A stretch of 64,000 nucleotides of DNA, taken from positions 256,001 to 320,000 of the forward strand of contig CAVVLO010000005.1 in NCBI GenBank assembly GCA_963749155.1, in the 5' to 3' direction. Shown here piece after piece: positions 22,184 to 32,905 of the stretch. Below the pieces are notes generated by a model. The model was given only the letters and a program-made list of their open reading frames with translations. It had not been told where the DNA came from and did not search any database. The position numbers were made by a program, and so were the translations under genes. The number at the start of each line of letters is the position of its first letter. Position 1 is the stretch's first letter. Origin of the DNA: an uncultured Armatimonadia bacterium (lineage in GTDB: Bacteria; Armatimonadota; Zipacnadia; CAVVLO01).

Positions 22184-23864
22184 ATGAGCGAACTGCTAAA
22201 GACCGATCTGGAAATAGCAAATAGTGTCACTCTGCGCCCCATTGAAGCCATCGCAGAGGAAGCCGGGTTCCTGCCTGAAGAGCTTGAGCCGTATGGCAAA
22301 TACAAGGCCAAGGTCTCTCTTGCGGCCTGGGATCGACTCGCAAGCCAGCCCGATGGCAAGCTGATCCTTATGACGGCGATGACTCCCACCAAAGCCGGCG
22401 AGGGGAAAACGACCCAGACCATCGGCCTTACCCAGGCGCTATGCCGGGAGGGGAAAAAAGCCATCTGTGCTACGCGCGAGCCTTCTCTGGGGCCGTGTTT
22501 TGGGATGAAGGGCGGCGCCGCCGGCGGGGGCTGGTCCCAAGTCGTGCCGATGGAGGACATCAACCTTCACTTCACAGGCGACCTGCACGCGGTCAGTGCC
22601 GCGCACAATCTGCTGGCTGCGATGGTGGACAACCACCTGCATCAGGGCAACCCACTCGGTCTGGACTCGCGCAGCATCCTCTTTCCGCGAGTTGTGGATA
22701 TGAACGACCGCGCCTTGCGCGACTTGGTCATAGGACTTGGTTCGGCCCAGAACGGCGTGCCGCGCCAGACTGCTTATCAGATAACCACAGCCAGTGAAGT
22801 GATGGCTATCCTCTGCCTGGCGACGGGTTGGGCCGACCTTCGAGAGCGCCTGGGGCGCATAGTGGTTGGCTATTCGACCAAGGGAGAGCCTGTCACCGCG
22901 GCCCAGCTTCAAGCGCACGGGGCGATGGCGGCGCTGCTGCGCGACGCGCTGCAACCCAACCTTGTCCAGACGCTGGAAGGCACACCGGCTTTCGTTCACG
23001 GAGGGCCTTTCGCCAATATCGCGCATGGCTGCAGCTCGCTGATGGCGACCAGGTTCGCTCTGAAGAGCGCCGATTTTGTCGTTACAGAGGCTGGCTTTGG
23101 CGCCGATCTGGGGGCGGAGAAGTTCTTCGACATAAAGTGTCCCGCTGGTGGTCTTCATCCTGCCGGGGCTGTGCTCGTTGCCTCGCTCAGAGCCATCAAG
23201 CATCATGGGAACGCGCTTACAGAGCAAGGCGCGACCTGGCAGCAGGTGCTTAAGACAGGTTTCCAGAATCTTCAGAAACAGTTCGAGAACGTCCGGGTCT
23301 TCGGCGTGCCTGCCGTGGTCGCTGTTAATCAGTTTGCCTCGGACAGCCTTGAGGAAGTCGATTACTTGCTGGAGCTCTGCCGTGATCACGGGATGCCTGC
23401 CGCGCCAAGTGAACTGTGGGCAAAGGGAGGCGCTGGCGGTGAAGCGCTTGTCGAGGCGCTGACCACCGAGCTAGCGGCCAATCCAGCGAATTTCAGGCCC
23501 CTGTATCATCCTGATATGAGCCTGAAGTCCAAGCTTGGTATCATTGCGCATGAGATATATGGCGCCGACAGAGTGGTATATACCGATGCCGCGGACAAGC
23601 GGATAGAGCAACTCGAGGCGCTTGGACTTAACAAGCTGCCAATTTGTATGGCCAAGACCCAGTATTCCTTATCTGACAATCCGGAACTGCTTGGCGCTCC
23701 GCGAGGTTTTGCTATACAAGTGCGCGATGTGAAGCCCTCGGCAGGAGCAGGTTTCGTCGTGGCTTACACAGGCGACGTAATGACAATGCCTGGTCTGCCC
23801 AGGCACCCAGCCGCCGAGAGCATAGACCTCGCCGGTGATGGGACTATTCTTAGGTCTGTTCTGA
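22184..23864 (+). CDS. fhs: Formate--tetrahydrofolate ligase
   Basis: TPTKAGEGKTT, KGGAAGGG, HGGPFANIAHG, TMPGLP; canonical GLF* end lies in a shifted frame (TGA at 23864). Confidence 0.96.
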
Positions 23865-23871
23865 GGAAAGA

Positions 23872-24450
23872 ATGACAAGAAGGCTCAACCCAGGCATTTA
23901 TTCGACGCTCGCTCAGCTTCATCGGCAGGGGCGTAACCTGATGTCGTCCGGTGATTTTAACCAGGCCGAACAGATGGCTGCTGCCATGCTGAAGCTGCAT
24001 GGGGAAGACCTCGAAGGCCTTGGCCTTATGCTGGATTCGCTGCTTGCCCAGGGGCGGGTGCAGGACGCTTTGCCCGCGGCGGAGCGACTCACCATGCTGA
24101 CCCCACAGGATTATTCGGCCCATTACAAGCTTGGCAAGTTGCTTTTCGAACTGGAGGATGTGCCTGGTGCAGCCATCCACTTCGAAGCCGCCCTCGAGCT
24201 GGAACCGCCTGACCATCTCCAGCGCGAACTGGGCCAGGTTATAGAATTGCTTGATCGCCTGCAGGCGAGGCAGATATTGACTTTGGCCTCTGAAGACACC
24301 CTTTTCCGTATGGAATTGCGCGACGATCTCGAAGCCACACTTGATGACCACGGGTTCCATTTGTCCGAGGACGGCTTGCGCCGGCTGGCCCAATTTGATT
24401 TGAGCCAGCTTGGGACAACCCGCGCCAAACGCGGCCTGCTGCCGAACTGA
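23872..24450 (+). CDS. TPR protein with a small C-terminal helical domain
   Basis: TPR motifs such as AHYKLGKLL and FEAALELEP. Confidence 0.75.
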   Translation: MTRRLNPGIYSTLAQLHRQGRNLMSSGDFNQAEQMAAAMLKLHGEDLEGLGLMLDSLLAQGRVQDALPAAERLTMLTPQDYSAHYKLGKLLFELEDVPGAAIHFEAALELEPPDHLQRELGQVIELLDRLQARQILTLASEDTLFRMELRDDLEATLDDHGFHLSEDGLRRLAQFDLSQLGTTRAKRGLLPN

Positions 24451-24461
24451 GGAGGCCCTCC

Positions 24462-25658
24462 GTGTTGATACGTCCGATCGAACCGCAGGACGAACGGACC
24501 CTTCTTACCGAGTTGCGCCTGGTGGGCGTTGATGAGGCCTCCTATCCGATTTTTCTCGCTAAACGCAGTGGGCTTTGTGTCAAGGTGACTGGCGCCCCTC
24601 AACCGGCCGCGGCTATCCTCAAGCAGGAACTACTGGCGCGCGGGGGCGATGCCGCCGTCCATCGCAACGTCCTCACTGGCAAGACCGAGTTCTCCGATGT
24701 GCTGCTGTTCGGGACCAGAGCGCAGTTAGGGGCGCTTTCGGAGAAACTCGAATGGCAGCCTTTTGGTCTGGCCCAGCTTGGCCTCGACCTGGCCGAACTG
24801 CTTGTGCGACTCGAATTCTGGCAGTATGAATGGCGCCACGCGGGCGGCGCGTTGAAGCTTTCTGCCGATTCGCCCAAGGTGATGGCCATCCTCAATATGA
24901 CGCCCGATTCCTTCTCGGGTGATGGCCTGGCCGGCAGTGTGGACGCTGCCCTCGCGCAGGCAGAGGCCGCCCTTGCCGCCGGTGCCAATTTGCTGGATGT
25001 CGGAGGAGAATCCACCCGGCCTGGCTCTCCGCGCGTTGCGCTCGAGGAAGAACTGGCCCGGATTATCCCAACAATTGAGGCCCTTTCTCGTCGCTTCGAA
25101 GCCCCTGTTTCGGTCGACACCTACAAGCCTGAAGTGGCGCGCGCCGCCCTGGAGGCGGGTGCTGTCATAGTCAACTGCGTCAGAGGCCTTGAGGAGCCTG
25201 GGATGCTCGAACTCCTTGCCAAGACTGGCGCTGGCGCCGTCTGTATGCATTCTCTATGGCCGCCAGAGACGATGCAGGAGAGTCCCCTTGGTCCTGAAGT
25301 CAGCGACGTCGTTTTCGAGTATCTCTCCGGCCGGCTGGACGCGGCTTGCGAGGCAGGGCTGGCGCCTGAGCAGCTTGTGTTTGACCCGGGGATTGGCTTC
25401 GGAAAGACACTTGCTGCCAATCTGCTGCTGCTGAAGCGCCTTGGTGAGCTGCGCTCACTGGGCCGCCCACTACTGGTCGGCGCCTCGCGCAAATCTTTCC
25501 TTGGTAAACTGGCCGGTGATATTGACGCGGACAGGTTGCCTGGCACCCTGGCTGCGCACACCGCTGCTATACTGAACGGAGCAAGTGTTATCCGGGTGCA
25601 TGAGGCGGCAGAAGGCCGTTTGGCTGCCGACATCGCCGCCGCCATCGGGAGGGCCTGA
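24462..25658 (+). CDS. folP: Dihydropteroate synthase with N-terminal extension
   Basis: ILNMTPDSFS, DVGGESTRPG, DPGIGFGK, SRKSF and RVHE motifs. Confidence 0.95.
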   Translation: MLIRPIEPQDERTLLTELRLVGVDEASYPIFLAKRSGLCVKVTGAPQPAAAILKQELLARGGDAAVHRNVLTGKTEFSDVLLFGTRAQLGALSEKLEWQPFGLAQLGLDLAELLVRLEFWQYEWRHAGGALKLSADSPKVMAILNMTPDSFSGDGLAGSVDAALAQAEAALAAGANLLDVGGESTRPGSPRVALEEELARIIPTIEALSRRFEAPVSVDTYKPEVARAALEAGAVIVNCVRGLEEPGMLELLAKTGAGAVCMHSLWPPETMQESPLGPEVSDVVFEYLSGRLDAACEAGLAPEQLVFDPGIGFGKTLAANLLLLKRLGELRSLGRPLLVGASRKSFLGKLAGDIDADRLPGTLAAHTAAILNGASVIRVHEAAEGRLAADIAAAIGRA

Positions 25659-25659
25659 A

Positions 25660-26025
25660 GTGAAGCAGGACAAGCTCATCCTTTCAGGACTTGTTTTTTA
25701 TGCCCATTACGGCGTGCACAAAGCTGAGCGGGAACTGGGCCAGCAGGTGCGCGTAGATTTGGAACTCTTCCGGGACCTCTCTGCCGCAGGTAAAACTGAC
25801 GATATCACTCAGACGGTAGACTACACCACCATTCTGGAGGCCATCCAGCAAGTTATCGACGCTGGGTCGTATTACCTGATCGAGGCGATTGCCGAGGCTA
25901 TCGCGGCGATGCTGCTTGCCGAGTATCCAATTGACGCGGTAACCGTGCGCGTGACCAAGTCGAAACTGCCTTTCAGAGGCCAACTCGAGTCCGTTGCCGT
26001 GGAGCTCCACAGGGAGCGGGGATGA
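25660..26025 (+). CDS. folB: Dihydroneopterin aldolase
   Basis: FYAHYGV..AERELGQ, TVDY and LIEAIAE motifs; GTG start. Confidence 0.93.
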   Translation: MKQDKLILSGLVFYAHYGVHKAERELGQQVRVDLELFRDLSAAGKTDDITQTVDYTTILEAIQQVIDAGSYYLIEAIAEAIAAMLLAEYPIDAVTVRVTKSKLPFRGQLESVAVELHRERG

Positions 26026-26528
26026 TCACCCGCGCCTTTATCGGCCTGGGCGCCAATCTCGGCGACCGACTCGCCTCGCTTCAGGGGGCTGTCGAACGCC
26101 TTTCAAGCGAGGGCATCGAGGTCAAAGCCATCTCAAGCCTTTATGAAACCGCCCCTGTCGGAATGAAACCTGAAACTCCAGCCTTCCTCAACGCCGTAGT
26201 AGAAGTAGCCACAGTCCTTACTGCGAGGTTGCTGCTCGAAAGGTTGCTCGAAATCGAGGCCAAGCTGGGACGTCGCCGGCCCGAGCCTGATCGTCCTATC
26301 GATCTTGATATACTGCTTTTTGGAGATGCTACACTAGCCGAGCCTGACCTGGTCGTGCCCCATCCGCGCCTGGGCCAGCGCGCTTTCGCCCTGGTGCCAC
26401 TAGCCGAATTAGCCCCTGGGCTGCAGTTGCCCTGGGGAGAGACGGTCGCCGAAGCCGCTGCCAGAACCTTGGCCGAAGGACAAAAACTGCGCGTCTTCCA
26501 GGGCCAGTATTGGTGGCAAGAGGAGTAG
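26022..26528 (+). CDS. folK: 2-amino-4-hydroxy-6-hydroxymethyldihydropteridine diphosphokinase
   Basis: GLGANLGD, YETAP, RPIDLDIL and PHPR motifs. Confidence 0.95.
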   Translation: MITRAFIGLGANLGDRLASLQGAVERLSSEGIEVKAISSLYETAPVGMKPETPAFLNAVVEVATVLTARLLLERLLEIEAKLGRRRPEPDRPIDLDILLFGDATLAEPDLVVPHPRLGQRAFALVPLAELAPGLQLPWGETVAEAAARTLAEGQKLRVFQGQYWWQEE

Positions 26529-26533
26529 CTTGT

Positions 26534-27764
26534 ATGCGTTATCGTTGGGTCGCCAAAGACCAGCAAGGCGCGTTAAAAGAAGGCGAGGCACTAGGTGAGA
26601 GCGCTAACGAGATCTCTCGCCAGCTCTCTAGCCAGGGCCTTACACCAGTAGAAATCAAGAAAGCCGGCGAGGAGGCAGCAGCTACTACTCGAACCGGCGC
26701 TCCCGATGCCCAACCTCGTCCAGGTCGCCCTTTACCGCGGGGCAGATCACGGGTAAAGCCAATTGACCTGGCCGTTTTCTTTCGCAGCTTGAAGTCCTCG
26801 GTCAGTGCTGGCCTGCCGCTTGCGCGCACTTTCGAGATAGTACTGCGCACCACGCACAACTCGCGTATCCGTTCGCTGGCTTCCGAGTTGCAGTCTACGG
26901 TCCGCGAAGGCCAGTCCTTTGTGGAAGCGATGGCCCGGCGCACTGACGTGGTCCCCTACTTCGCCTTGGGCGTGCTTAAGGCGGGAGAGGCCTCTGGCCA
27001 TCTGGAAGAAGCCCTCGAAAATCTTGCAGAGCATTATGAGTATGAGCACGAACTGATGCAGGAGATCCGCTGGAAGACAGCCTTGCCCAAAGTCGAGCTG
27101 GGTTGCTTCCTGATCCTGATTGGTCCGATGCCCTTCATCTTTGCCTGGGCCTCGCGCCAGGCGACCAAATCCGGCTTCAAGTTCGATATGAATCTGTCGC
27201 TACCAATCCTGATGTTGGTAGGTCTGGCGATTGTCATATTTGGCGGGTTGCTGTTTTATCAGTTTGCCAAAAATATTCGACCGGTGGCGCTGTGTTTCGA
27301 CTGGTTGAAGCTGTATGTCCCTGGCCTGGCGGGGCTGAACCGGCGGCTTGGGATATCTCGTTTTATGAATATGCTTGCCCTCTCGGTGAAGTCTGGCCTC
27401 TCCTACCATGAGGCGGCCGAACTGGCCTTGCCAGTAGTCGGCAATACGGTGCTGCAATTGAGGCTGCAAGCGATAATACCGCGCCTCAGGCAGGGGGCCC
27501 GGCTGACTGAAGTGCTTGAGCCGCTTGGCCTTGTGCCGTTCCAGGCGATGCAGATGCTCTACACCGGCGAGGACACCGGCGACACTGACCAGATGCTCCA
27601 AACCGCTGCCAGAGAACTGCAACAGCAGGCACGCTCCGACCTGAGGGTGCTTGCCATTGTGCTCTCAGTCGCAATGCTGGCTATTGTACTGGTGCTTGCC
27701 GGCGATACTCGTAATCTCCTTCTGGGTGCAGTATTACGGCGCTATGCTAAGCATCACGGACTAA
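26534..27764 (+). CDS. Type II secretion F / PilC family platform protein, frameshift near 27700
   Basis: AGLPL, AGEASGHL and TGEDTG motifs; the repaired C-terminus is AILVISFWVQYYGAMLSITD*. Confidence 0.85.
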
Positions 27765-27777
27765 CGGGCGCGCGGAG

Positions 27778-28929
27778 ATGAGAGCGCGAGTCAACGATTA
27801 TTACCAACTACTCGGCGTGGCCCGCAACGCGACCCCCGAGCAGGTGCGCAAGGCCTATCGCGACAAGGTAAAGCGTTTCCACCCCGATGTCGCTGACGAT
27901 AAAGGCAAGGCCGATGAACGCATCAAGCTCATCTATCAGGCCTGGGAAGTCTTGAGTGATCCCGAGCGTCGCCAGGCCTACAACCAATTGCTGGCGATGG
28001 AAGACAAGCGGCGCGCGGCAGAGGAAGAAGCTCGCCGGCGTCGGACCGAGCTTCGCGAAGGTCAGGAGCTTTTCCGCAAGGCGCGTATTGTGAGGGCGGG
28101 TGGAATGCTTAGCCCCGCCAAGGAACTCGCCCTCAAAGCGGCTCACTTGCTCGAATCCGACTGGGATGCCTGGTGGCTGGTGGGCGAGATAGCCCTCGAG
28201 CAACAGGATTTTGATACCGCAATTGAGGCCTACACGCAGGCCCTCAGGTACAGCAAACATAATCCAGCAGTGCAAAATCGACTCGACCAGGTGCTTGCGA
28301 AAGCCGCCAGAGGGCCAGTCCCCAGTGAAGCTCGCTTCGACCTGGGCAAGCAGGGCGATGCCTGGCATAAGCCCTCTCACACCTGGCGCGATGACCTGGG
28401 ACGCTGGTATACGCCGCGTCTGGCGGCCAAGTTCGAGCGCGCCAGAGCTTATGTGGGCATCCTTGCTGCCGGCTGGCTTCTCGCTTCTATTATACTGCTT
28501 CGCTATTGGCTGCCGGATTCGTCGCTTGAAGAACTGCCTCGCGTCTTGCTCTGGATTGGCGCCATCGACGCCTTTGCCCTCGGTCTGCTCTTCGATGCGA
28601 TTGGAGTAGTAGAATACTTCGATGATGCGATGTTCTATCGAGGGATGGGCAGCTCTGCAGTCCCGCGCGGCGTATTATTGATGCTGGTCAACTTTATCAA
28701 CTTCGCCGTGGCGCTGCCGGTCTACCTGCTGGTGTCCCTGTTTGAGGGAGAGTTCTCTTTCAGCATCCTGCTCTGTTATGCGGCTGCAATGGCCTTATGT
28801 CTGCTGCTGGCTCTGCTCGTGCCCGCCCAGCTCGTGATGCTTGCCCTCTGGCTTTCAGGGCCTGCCACGAATCTGGTATTCTTTGGGTGGGCCTGCGGAA
28901 CTTTTTTTCGTCCCACTTACTGGTCGTAG
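27778..28929 (+). CDS. J-domain protein with TPR and C-terminal membrane domain
   Basis: DYYQLLGV, HPD and VLSDPERRQAY motifs; TPR; about 6 TM helices. Confidence 0.85.
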   Translation: MRARVNDYYQLLGVARNATPEQVRKAYRDKVKRFHPDVADDKGKADERIKLIYQAWEVLSDPERRQAYNQLLAMEDKRRAAEEEARRRRTELREGQELFRKARIVRAGGMLSPAKELALKAAHLLESDWDAWWLVGEIALEQQDFDTAIEAYTQALRYSKHNPAVQNRLDQVLAKAARGPVPSEARFDLGKQGDAWHKPSHTWRDDLGRWYTPRLAAKFERARAYVGILAAGWLLASIILLRYWLPDSSLEELPRVLLWIGAIDAFALGLLFDAIGVVEYFDDAMFYRGMGSSAVPRGVLLMLVNFINFAVALPVYLLVSLFEGEFSFSILLCYAAAMALCLLLALLVPAQLVMLALWLSGPATNLVFFGWACGTFFRPTYWS

Positions 28930-28947
28930 CGCCCAAGAGGTGCCCCT

Positions 28948-29800
28948 ATGAGCGGCAAAGCTTTCTCGATAACCGATTTACGTGCCCGGTATGAAGCCGG
29001 AGAGAAATTCGCGATGGTCACGGCGTATGATTTCCCAAGCGCCAAACTGGCCGAAGCAGCTGGACTTGACCTGCTGCTGGTGGGTGATTCGCTCGGGACG
29101 ACCGTCCTTGGCTACCCGACCACGCTGCCGACCACGATGGACGCGATGATACTCCATACTGCCGCGGTCAGCCGGGCCGTCACTTCGCCAATGGTCATCG
29201 GCGATATGCCCTTCCTGTCCTTCCAGGTGTCGGTGGAAGAGGCCGTCCGCAATGCTGGGCGCTTCGTTGTGGAAGGCGGGGCGCACGCGGTCAAGCTGGA
29301 AGGCGTCCTGCACGCCGAGGCCATCTCGGCCATCCTGGCGGCGGGCATCCCGGTGATGGGCCATCTGGGTTACACGCCTCAGCGGGCCATCCAGTTCGGC
29401 ACGCAGATAGTCCGCGCAAAGCAAGCGGATGAGGCGACCGCCTTGCTTGCCGATGCCAGGAAGCTGCAAGAGCTGGGCTGCTTCGCCCTGGTGCTCGAGT
29501 GCATTCCCGACGACCTGGCTGGACTCGTAACCGAAGAGCTGGATATCCCCACCATCGGGATTGGCGCCGGGCCTCATTGTTCAGGCCAGGTGCTTGTGTG
29601 GCATGACCTGCTGGGGCTTGTGCCAGGCCAGAGCTTCAAACACAACAAGCGCTACGCCGAGTTGGGAGAGGCCATAATCGAGGCCCTTGGGCAATATGTG
29701 GCCGAGGTTCGCTCGGGCGCTCTTCCCAGACGAAACTCACTGTTTCCGGGCCGACCAGGGGCTCCTGGAGGCTTTGAAGCGCCGCCCGGAGCGCGACTAG
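28948..29800 (+). CDS. panB: 3-methyl-2-oxobutanoate hydroxymethyltransferase, frameshift near 29720
   Basis: TAYD, LVGDSLG, GHLGYTPQ, IGIGAG; canonical FPDETHCF end in a shifted frame with TAG at 29800. Confidence 0.93.
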
Positions 29801-29802
29801 CA

Positions 29803-30654
29803 ATGCTACTAGTTCACACCAACGCGGAGCTTCAAAAGCTGGTTGCCGAAGTGCGAGCCAAAGGCCAGTCAGTTGGCCTCGTGCCGACAATGGGCGCTCT
29901 GCATCAGGGGCATGGCTCGCTAATCCGTCAGGCGGCTGCCGAGTGCGACTTCGTGGTGACTTCCATCTTCGTAAATCCAACCCAGTTCGGTCCGAGCGAA
30001 GACCTCGCGGCTTATCCCAGGACACTGGAGGCCGACTGCGCGCTGGCCGAAGCCGCCGGCTGCGCTGTGGTCTTTGCCCCCTCAGTTGAGGAAATCTATC
30101 CGCGAGCGCCCCTCACCCGGGTGCATGTCGAGGCTTTGACCTCTGGGCTTTGCGGGGCTTCACGACCGACTCATTTCGATGGCGTCTGTACCGTCGTGAC
30201 CATACTCTTCAATCTGGTGCGACCCGACAAAGCCTATTTTGGGTTGAAGGATTATCAGCAACTCCAGGTAGTCAAGCGGATGGCCGCCGACCTGCATCAA
30301 GGCGTCGAGGTAGTGCCTTGCCCGCTGATACGGGAGCCCGATGGCCTGGCGATGAGCAGTCGCAACAAGTACCTTTCTCCTGACGAACGCCAGCAGGCGC
30401 TGGTGCTTTACAAGGCACTGCTCACAGCCGAGCAGCTCGTGAAGTCGGGGGAGAAGTCTAGCGAAGTAGTGCTCGAAGCTGCCCGAGGGGTGATTCTTGG
30501 CGCTGCTTCCGCTAAAATAGACTATGTAGCTTTGGTCGATCCCGAGACGCTCGAACCTGTAGAAACCATCGAAGGCCCAGCCAGGATGGTGGAAGCCGTG
30601 TTCCTGGGTGTAACCCGGCTTATTGACAATCTGCTGTTGGTCCCAGAAGGGTGA
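29803..30654 (+). CDS. panC: Pantoate--beta-alanine ligase
   Basis: PTMGALHQGH, FVNPTQF, GLKDYQQ, DGLAMSSRN and RLIDN motifs. Confidence 0.95.
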   Translation: MLLVHTNAELQKLVAEVRAKGQSVGLVPTMGALHQGHGSLIRQAAAECDFVVTSIFVNPTQFGPSEDLAAYPRTLEADCALAEAAGCAVVFAPSVEEIYPRAPLTRVHVEALTSGLCGASRPTHFDGVCTVVTILFNLVRPDKAYFGLKDYQQLQVVKRMAADLHQGVEVVPCPLIREPDGLAMSSRNKYLSPDERQQALVLYKALLTAEQLVKSGEKSSEVVLEAARGVILGAASAKIDYVALVDPETLEPVETIEGPARMVEAVFLGVTRLIDNLLLVPEG

Positions 30655-30659
30655 GGTAA

Positions 30660-31043
30660 ATGTTTTTGAATCTTCTCAAATGCAAGCTGCACGGAGCGCG
30701 CGTTACTGATGCCAACCTCGATTATGAGGGCTCCATCGAGATAGACGAGGAGCTAATCCGGGCTGCTGGACTAAGGCCTTTTGAACAGGTTCATGTCCTC
30801 AATGTCACCAACGGCGAGCGCATCGAGACTTACGTCATCGTCGGCCCTCCAGGCTCGAAGCGTATCTGCCTTAACGGCGCCGCTGCCCGCAAGGCCGAGC
30901 GCGGAGACAAGGTGCTTATCCTCTCGTATGTCTGGCTTGAAGAGAAAGAACTCGCCTCTCATAAGCCGCGCGTCGTCGTGCTGGACGATGCCAATGAGAT
31001 CGTTACTGTCAAAGACCATTCAGCTCTCTGGCCCGAGGAGTAA
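30660..31043 (+). CDS. panD: Aspartate 1-decarboxylase
   Basis: KLH, YEG/S self-cleavage site, ETY and LNGAAAR motifs. Confidence 0.96.
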   Translation: MFLNLLKCKLHGARVTDANLDYEGSIEIDEELIRAAGLRPFEQVHVLNVTNGERIETYVIVGPPGSKRICLNGAAARKAERGDKVLILSYVWLEEKELASHKPRVVVLDDANEIVTVKDHSALWPEE

Positions 31044-31050
31044 ACCCCCG

Positions 31051-31908
31051 ATGAGAGGCCAACTGGCTCTGGACCGCGCCCTTTATGCGCCGCTTGTGAC
31101 CGCCGCGCTGGCTGAGGATGTCGGCTTTGGTGATGTCACGAGTCAGGCCACCGTGCCTCTGGGGCGTCAGGGACTTGCGCGCGCGATTGCCAAGGCAAGC
31201 GGCATCGTCTGCGGGCTGGCGCTTTTTGCTGAAGCCTTTCGGCAGGTAGATGAGTCGCTCGAGGTCACCTTCGATTTGCCCGAGGGGGCAGCCGTCGAGT
31301 CTGGAGACGAAGTGGCAAGTGTCCGGGGCAGCCTGCGCAGCCTGCTGCAGGCTGAACGAGTCGCGCTCAACTTCCTTCAGCATATGTCGGGCGTCGCGAG
31401 CCTGACCGGCCAGTTTGTTCGCGCCATCGAAGGCACAGGGGCCAGTATCCTCGACACCCGTAAGACTTTGCCGGGGCTGAGAGCACTGCAGAAGTATGCC
31501 GTGCTTGTAGGCGGAGGCCAAAACCATCGCTTGCGCCTCGACAGTATGGTGCTCATCAAGGACAACCACATCAAGGCTGCCGGTGGGTTGCGGCAAGCCA
31601 TCGAGCAAGCCAGGGCGACGGTCTCGCCAGCTTTACGTATTGAAGTCGAAACCGAGAACCTTGACCAGGTGCGCGAGGCTCTGGCAGCTCAGGCCGACTG
31701 GATTATGCTCGACAATATGAATCCGGACCTGCTGAGGGAAGCTGTCGCGCTGGTTGCAGGACGCGCCAGGCTCGAGGCCTCGGGCCGAGTCAGCCTGGAT
31801 ACCGTCCGCGCCATCGCCGAGACGGGCGTCGATTTCATCTCAGTCGGCGCGCTGACCCATTCGGCCCGCGCCCTGGATATTTCCCTCGAAGTCACCGAGG
31901 TTGACTGA
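31051..31908 (+). CDS. nadC: Nicotinate-nucleotide diphosphorylase (carboxylating)
   Basis: AERVALN, DTRKT.PG, LIKDNH, IMLDN and GALTHS motifs. Confidence 0.96.
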   Translation: MRGQLALDRALYAPLVTAALAEDVGFGDVTSQATVPLGRQGLARAIAKASGIVCGLALFAEAFRQVDESLEVTFDLPEGAAVESGDEVASVRGSLRSLLQAERVALNFLQHMSGVASLTGQFVRAIEGTGASILDTRKTLPGLRALQKYAVLVGGGQNHRLRLDSMVLIKDNHIKAAGGLRQAIEQARATVSPALRIEVETENLDQVREALAAQADWIMLDNMNPDLLREAVALVAGRARLEASGRVSLDTVRAIAETGVDFISVGALTHSARALDISLEVTEVD

Positions 31909-32851
31909 GCCTTTGGGCAAGCCCCCTCGGCGCGAGGTGCTTTCGAGTCTGCGCGGTAAAGCCGCCAGCTCCAGGTCTCTAGCCGAGCTGGCCGGTCAAA
32001 CAGGGGTCGCAGAATCTGAACTCCAGGCTTGCCTCGCCCAGCTCGAGGAAGCCGGTTATCGGCTTGCGGACTGGCAGTATGAGACTCCTGAAGAGGGGTG
32101 GTTGTTGCCTTCTGAGTGGCAGTCCGAAGAATTGCTGGTGCTGCACTGTCCAGAGACGGCTTCCACCAATAGCGATGCGCTTGCCCTGATGGAGCAACTG
32201 CCCGACCGCGCGCTGCTGGTTACCGAATACCAGAGGGCAGGCAGGGGCAGAAGAGAGCGCGAGTGGCTCTCGCCGCCCTCCCAGGACGTGCTTTGCACTC
32301 TCTTTCTGGAAGGCCCTTTGCCCTCGCCTGGCCTGGTGGTCCTGGGCATCGCAGGGCTGCTGGCGCAGGAAATAGGTGCCGTTTTCGACTTGCCCTTACG
32401 GGTCAGATGGCCGAACGACCTCTTCTTGTCAAGTGCCAAGGTGGCTGGCATACTGGCAGAAGCGCGTCATCAGGCTGGCCGAGATGCGCTGGTGGTTGGG
32501 GTCGGTTTCAACGTGCTTGGCAAGGCCCTGGACAGGGGGCTGCCCGAGGCGACAACGCTCTCGGAAAGAGCGCCCGAAGCCACGCGCATCGAAGTCGCCA
32601 GGTGTATTGCAAGAGCTTTTACATCAGCCACTAGTCTCGCTCGGGCAGGCCAACTCGAGGCTTTGCTCCAGGCAGCTCGAGCGGTGGATTTACTGCGTCA
32701 TCGCAGTGTGACAATTACCACGGCCGAGGGCGATTTTCGAGGACTGGCGACTGGGTTTGCTTCGAACGGTGAATTACTGGTGCGCGGCCACGATGGCCAG
32801 GAACGCGCTTTTTCAAGTGGAGAAGTCCATATCAGCAAGTTATCCGGATGA
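31901..32851 (+). CDS. birA: Biotin--protein ligase with degenerate N-terminal HTH
   Basis: STN, QRAGRGR..R.W, RWPND and KVAGIL motifs. Confidence 0.9.
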   Translation: MTEPLGKPPRREVLSSLRGKAASSRSLAELAGQTGVAESELQACLAQLEEAGYRLADWQYETPEEGWLLPSEWQSEELLVLHCPETASTNSDALALMEQLPDRALLVTEYQRAGRGRREREWLSPPSQDVLCTLFLEGPLPSPGLVVLGIAGLLAQEIGAVFDLPLRVRWPNDLFLSSAKVAGILAEARHQAGRDALVVGVGFNVLGKALDRGLPEATTLSERAPEATRIEVARCIARAFTSATSLARAGQLEALLQAARAVDLLRHRSVTITTAEGDFRGLATGFASNGELLVRGHDGQERAFSSGEVHISKLSG

Positions 32852-32905
32852 GCCTTGGTCGACAAGACCAGCCTTCCGGCTTAGCTACACTCTGGAGGTA
32901 CCACA

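Noticed and set aside
28948..30654. Apparent 568-aa PanB-PanC fusion
   Set aside because: The canonical PanB end (FPDETHCF...TAG 29800) lies in a shifted frame and panC has its own ATG at 29803; one indel explains the fusion
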